Translations under genes and position numbers: made by a program
The notes under the pieces: model-generated
Database searches by the model: none
Told to the model about the DNA's origin: nothing
What the model saw: the letters and a program-made list of their open reading frames with translations, nothing else
From: Eledone cirrhosa
Lineage: Eukaryota
Reading direction: 5' to 3'
DNA length: 64,000 nt
NCBI GenBank assembly: GCA_964016885.1
Contig: OZ024759.1
Span: 10,664,001-10,728,000, forward strand
In this document: positions 63,311 through 64,000 of the stretch, one piece after another
How the letters are laid out: each line of letters starts with the position of its first letter
How positions within the stretch are numbered: the first letter of the stretch is position 1

Positions 63311-63607
63311 AATATGGTTTTATAAATATAGTTTCCATTTATTTAATATCATTGAATATTTACCCCCAGTAAGCTGTCGAGTGCTCTGAATCAGTTATAA
63401 ACATTTATATTTGTTGAATTTCCAACAAATTAAATATCCCTTCTGCTTATATATATATATATTTTCTATATATTTTATCTGAGGAGAACATGTTTTGCTT
63501 TATGTTTTACATAAAACTTTGCATCTTCGTAATATATCTAATGAAATAAATAGAGATGATGTAGAGTGTATATTTTTTGTTTATTACTATTATATATATA
63601 TATACAT

Positions 63608-63638
<31 letters not shown>

Positions 63639-64000
63639 TAAATATATATATATATATATAAATATATATATATAAATATAAATATATATATATAAATATA
63701 TATATATAAATATATATATATATGGGTACATTTTTACAATCTGTTTTGGTTTCAAAGTGAAAATGAAAATGAAATAATTTGATGTTTCAAATCTACAGAA
63801 TGAAATATAATTAGATTTAATTAGATATAATCGTATTTTTCTGATAAATCATTTCTTTGTTTTCTAAATTATATTTAATATTTCAATTGAAAATATAACA
63901 GAAAATAGGATGTGTGTGTATATATATATATATATATAGTAATAATATATATAGTAATATATATATATATATAAACACACCTTTTTATAAATAAATAAAT

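Noticed and set aside
60211-63755. YIYI/VCVC ORFs here and at 20388-21093 and 41477-43324
   Set aside because: Translations of (TA)n and (CA)n microsatellites.

Overview
Eukaryotic, AT-rich, repeat-saturated window. Its SINE, RTE-LINE and microsatellite content resembles octopod cephalopod genomes (organism is an inference). Almost all listed six-frame ORFs are repeat or transposon artefacts. Two real spliced genes, essentially invisible in the ORF track, were assembled by hand from GT-AG exons with matching phases. (1) The 3' part of SNRNP27 (U4/U6.U5 tri-snRNP 27K; + strand, exons 1-121, 886-900, 4350-4414, 7343-7422, 8420-8481, 9501-9555), including a 15-nt microexon. (2) A complete-looking, compact 135-aa RNF4-like SUMO-targeted RING E3 ligase (- strand, 7 coding exons between 43346 and 23121) with three SIM-like motifs. 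The rest is nested transposons: several RTE-clade LINE families (one 580-aa RT ORF carries a PHD-type finger inside the RT domain), a CR1-like 3' end, tRNA-derived SINEs with interchangeable LINE-derived tails, an Hsmar1-like mariner, two non-autonomous Helitrons, hAT-like and TA-flanked MITEs, and a TTAA-specific piggyBac-like MITE carrying an expandable 60/72-bp satellite. The most striking pattern is that at least seven separate tandem arrays (34-111 bp units) are each an amplified slice of a different transposon, several with the parent element still flanking the array. A degenerate hammerhead-ribozyme motif and several perfect hairpins are also present. All coordinates and copy counts were made by eye and may be off by a few bases.
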